A DNA stretch of 47,959 bases from a virus (lineage: Duplodnaviria > Heunggongvirae > Uroviricota > Caudoviricetes), in the IMG/VR virus record IMGVR_UViG_3300028840_006985. The stretch is one strand, 5' to 3'. Below, piece by piece: positions 46,389-47,959 of this stretch. The notes under the pieces were generated by a model that was given only the letters and a program-made list of their open reading frames with translations, did not search any database and was not told the origin of the DNA. A program made the position numbers and the translations under genes. The stretch's first letter is position 1. Each line of letters starts with the position of its first letter.

Positions 46389-46505
46389 ATGATTGTTAAT
46401 GAGAAAGAAAATAAAAAAGATGTAGAAGAGGAAGAAGAAAAGAGACCTTTAGAGGTTGAGCATCAAGAAAAAGTTAATCAAGATAAGAAGCTGCTGGAAT
46501 CATAA
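46389..46505 (+). CDS. 38-aa charged peptide (not in the ORF track)
   Basis: aaggag SD, then MIVNEKENKKDVEEEEEKRPLEVEHQEKVNQDKKLLES*. Fills the gap. Confidence 0.5.
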   Translation: MIVNEKENKKDVEEEEEKRPLEVEHQEKVNQDKKLLES

Positions 46506-46517
46506 GAAATAGTTTGA

Positions 46518-47540
46518 ATGTTGTCTACGGAAGATGAAATTGTCATTTTTGCATCAGATTTAGATTGGATTGGTTTTGTAACAATACATGCTTGTATTTT
46601 GTTTGATTCATCATTATCACATATATCCTGTCGTCTTTATTGTATTTTAGTTTGGTATGCACAAAATAAGGATTTTCTTTTTCCTGGCATAGATGAGTTA
46701 TGCGTAGACTTAGGAGAGGTTTCTAAACGGACAGTGCGTACTGCTTTGATTGAATTAAAGGAATCTGGTCTTATAAGTGTACAATCAAGGTATAATAAGA
46801 TTTTTTATATTGTTAATTCAATTGGTGATAAATATGGTAAAGGGAAGAGATTGTCACGGGGGGCATTAGATGATTGTAATTTTAAATATGAAAAAAATAA
46901 TGGTATAAGTAAGATTGTTAGAAAGTGTGGCTGTTGCGAAGAGGAAGATGATTCTTTTTTACAGAGAGATCAAAAGTCAGAACAGGTAAAGGAAACAAAG
47001 AAGACAGAGAGGAAAAAGGAGAAGGTTTTATCCAAGAAGGTTTTATCTAAAAAGATTAATATAAAAGAAGTCATCGATCAGATACCGGATGTTTTATCTG
47101 ATAGAAACAAAAAAAGTCGTGAACAAACCATGTTGACAGCAGTTCAGAGAGATAGTAATGCTCCAGAAGGCAGAGAAGCAATTAAGGAATTAAAGATTTT
47201 CTGGGGCGGGGTTTGGGAAAGAGACTTTAGTGATATTCCTGGCGATGTTTGGGTTGGTAAGCAAAATACAATTGTAAAGAGTTTATTAGCTCGGTACGGA
47301 TTTAATGATGTGAAACGACTCTTTCAATATGTGTTTGATAATTGGGTTGATCTTAGGAGTAGATTTAAATTGAATCGCAATCATGCTCCTACTTTAGGGC
47401 TAATTTCGGTATATGCGGATAATTGGATTCAGGAGGTATATCGTGGAAAGCCGGATTTGGATAAAAAAGGAGTAAACAAGAATGAGTATAACAAAGGGGA
47501 GGGAGAACAAGTACAGCTGAATTTTATTAAATTTGATTAA
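46518..47540 (+). CDS. HTH_36-type replication initiator-like protein
   Basis: GFVTI...ILFD..LS....RLY..L..YA......FPGIDEL..DLG.VSKRTVRTAL.EL...GLI winged HTH, charged linker, helical C-terminal domain. Confidence 0.68.
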   Translation: MLSTEDEIVIFASDLDWIGFVTIHACILFDSSLSHISCRLYCILVWYAQNKDFLFPGIDELCVDLGEVSKRTVRTALIELKESGLISVQSRYNKIFYIVNSIGDKYGKGKRLSRGALDDCNFKYEKNNGISKIVRKCGCCEEEDDSFLQRDQKSEQVKETKKTERKKEKVLSKKVLSKKINIKEVIDQIPDVLSDRNKKSREQTMLTAVQRDSNAPEGREAIKELKIFWGGVWERDFSDIPGDVWVGKQNTIVKSLLARYGFNDVKRLFQYVFDNWVDLRSRFKLNRNHAPTLGLISVYADNWIQEVYRGKPDLDKKGVNKNEYNKGEGEQVQLNFIKFD

Positions 47541-47549
47541 GGGGAGGAA

Positions 47550-47959
47550 ATGCGACAAATATATCGGGAAAAAGTGGTTAGTCATGTAACTAATTCAGAA
47601 TTTTTTTGTGCTTTTTTAAAATATCCTATATTAAAGGTTGGTATTGTCTTTAAAAAAGATAACAATACTGGAAAGATGTATGATGTTCTTGGCACTAATG
47701 ATGCTATTTTTGTATCTGGAAATCATATTCAAATTGCCAATTACAGAGTTGATAACAATAATGAGTCTGTCTATGTTAGTTATTGGACTGATGATAATAA
47801 TGAGATAATTGATAGCTTTGAGCGGGTTTATTATCAAACAGAAACAGAAACAGAAACAGAAACAGAAACAGAAACAGAAACAGAAACAGAAACAGAAACA
47901 GAAACAGAAACAGAAACAGAAACAGAAACAGAAACAGAAACAGAAACAGAAACAGAAAC
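47550..47959 (+). CDS. Hypothetical protein with (TE)n repeat, 3'-truncated by window edge (not in the ORF track)
   Basis: ggggagg SD, ATG at 47550, frame open to the window end: MRQIYREKVVSH...FERVYYQTETETE... Confidence 0.7.
   Translation, partial: MRQIYREKVVSHVTNSEFFCAFLKYPILKVGIVFKKDNNTGKMYDVLGTNDAIFVSGNHIQIANYRVDNNNESVYVSYWTDDNNEIIDSFERVYYQTETETETETETETETETETETETETETETETETETETETE
47836..47959 (+). repeat. Perfect hexamer microsatellite (aaacag)n, at least 20 copies
   Basis: 124 bp of exact repeat running to the window end. Confidence 0.97.

Noticed and set aside
43768-46517. Stop-codon reassignment suggested by in-frame neighbours (43567/43771 and 46389/46518)
   Set aside because: TAA, TAG and TGA all terminate well-bounded genes elsewhere, and long ORFs are intact under the standard code. 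46389 and 46518 are separated by two different stops.
602-47837. Numerous short minus-strand and alternative-frame ORFs in the track (e.g. 39860..40456, 31970..32164, 18198..18617, 9303..9551, 47631..47837)
   Set aside because: They lie within longer, RBS-bearing + strand genes and read as antisense shadows of repeats or biased codons.
32034-47959. Borg-like archaeal element, because of perfect coding tandem repeats and single-strand gene layout
   Set aside because: Contractile-tail, collar and tailspike genes, Bro-N and sigma70-like promoters fit a bacterial phage better. Two repeats are insufficient evidence.
1-47959. tRNA, rRNA, integrase/att sites, introns or inteins
   Set aside because: No cloverleaf or T-loop signatures in the short intergenic gaps, and no recombinase, splicing or intein motifs were recognised by eye. 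Dedicated scans were not run.

Overview
AT-rich (roughly one-third GC by eye), densely coding segment that reads as part of a large contractile-tailed bacteriophage genome. Nearly all credible genes are on the + strand, with bacterial Shine-Dalgarno motifs and the standard genetic code. About 1-38.4 kb is a virion module: several tail fibres or adhesins, Ig-like and baseplate or collar proteins, a beta-helix tailspike, a CIS-tube-like initiator, a BppU-like protein and scattered lysis-type membrane proteins. Interleaved with these are Lys/Arg-rich enzyme-like genes (two HExxH zincins, two ADP-ribosyltransferase-like proteins, two PcfJ-like paralogues) that carry related short leaders ending in L-x-E, suggesting capsid-packaged, protease-matured effectors. 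From about 38.4 kb there is a non-structural module: methyltransferase, three tandem paralogues with a constant head and 5, 8 or 11 LRV/HEAT-like repeats, two-domain ThyX, GIY-YIG protein, a headless repeat cassette, a TnpB/IS remnant, a YkgJ-like protein, a head-only stub, a HIRAN-like protein, an HTH replication-type protein, and an ORF that runs off the window in an (AAACAG)n repeat. The best candidates for an undescribed system are (1) the LRV-repeat family with DNA-identical shuffled modules and orphan cassettes and (2) the leader-tagged effector set. Family assignments come from motif recognition by eye, not database searches. No tRNA, rRNA, CRISPR array, reverse transcriptase or integrase was seen.
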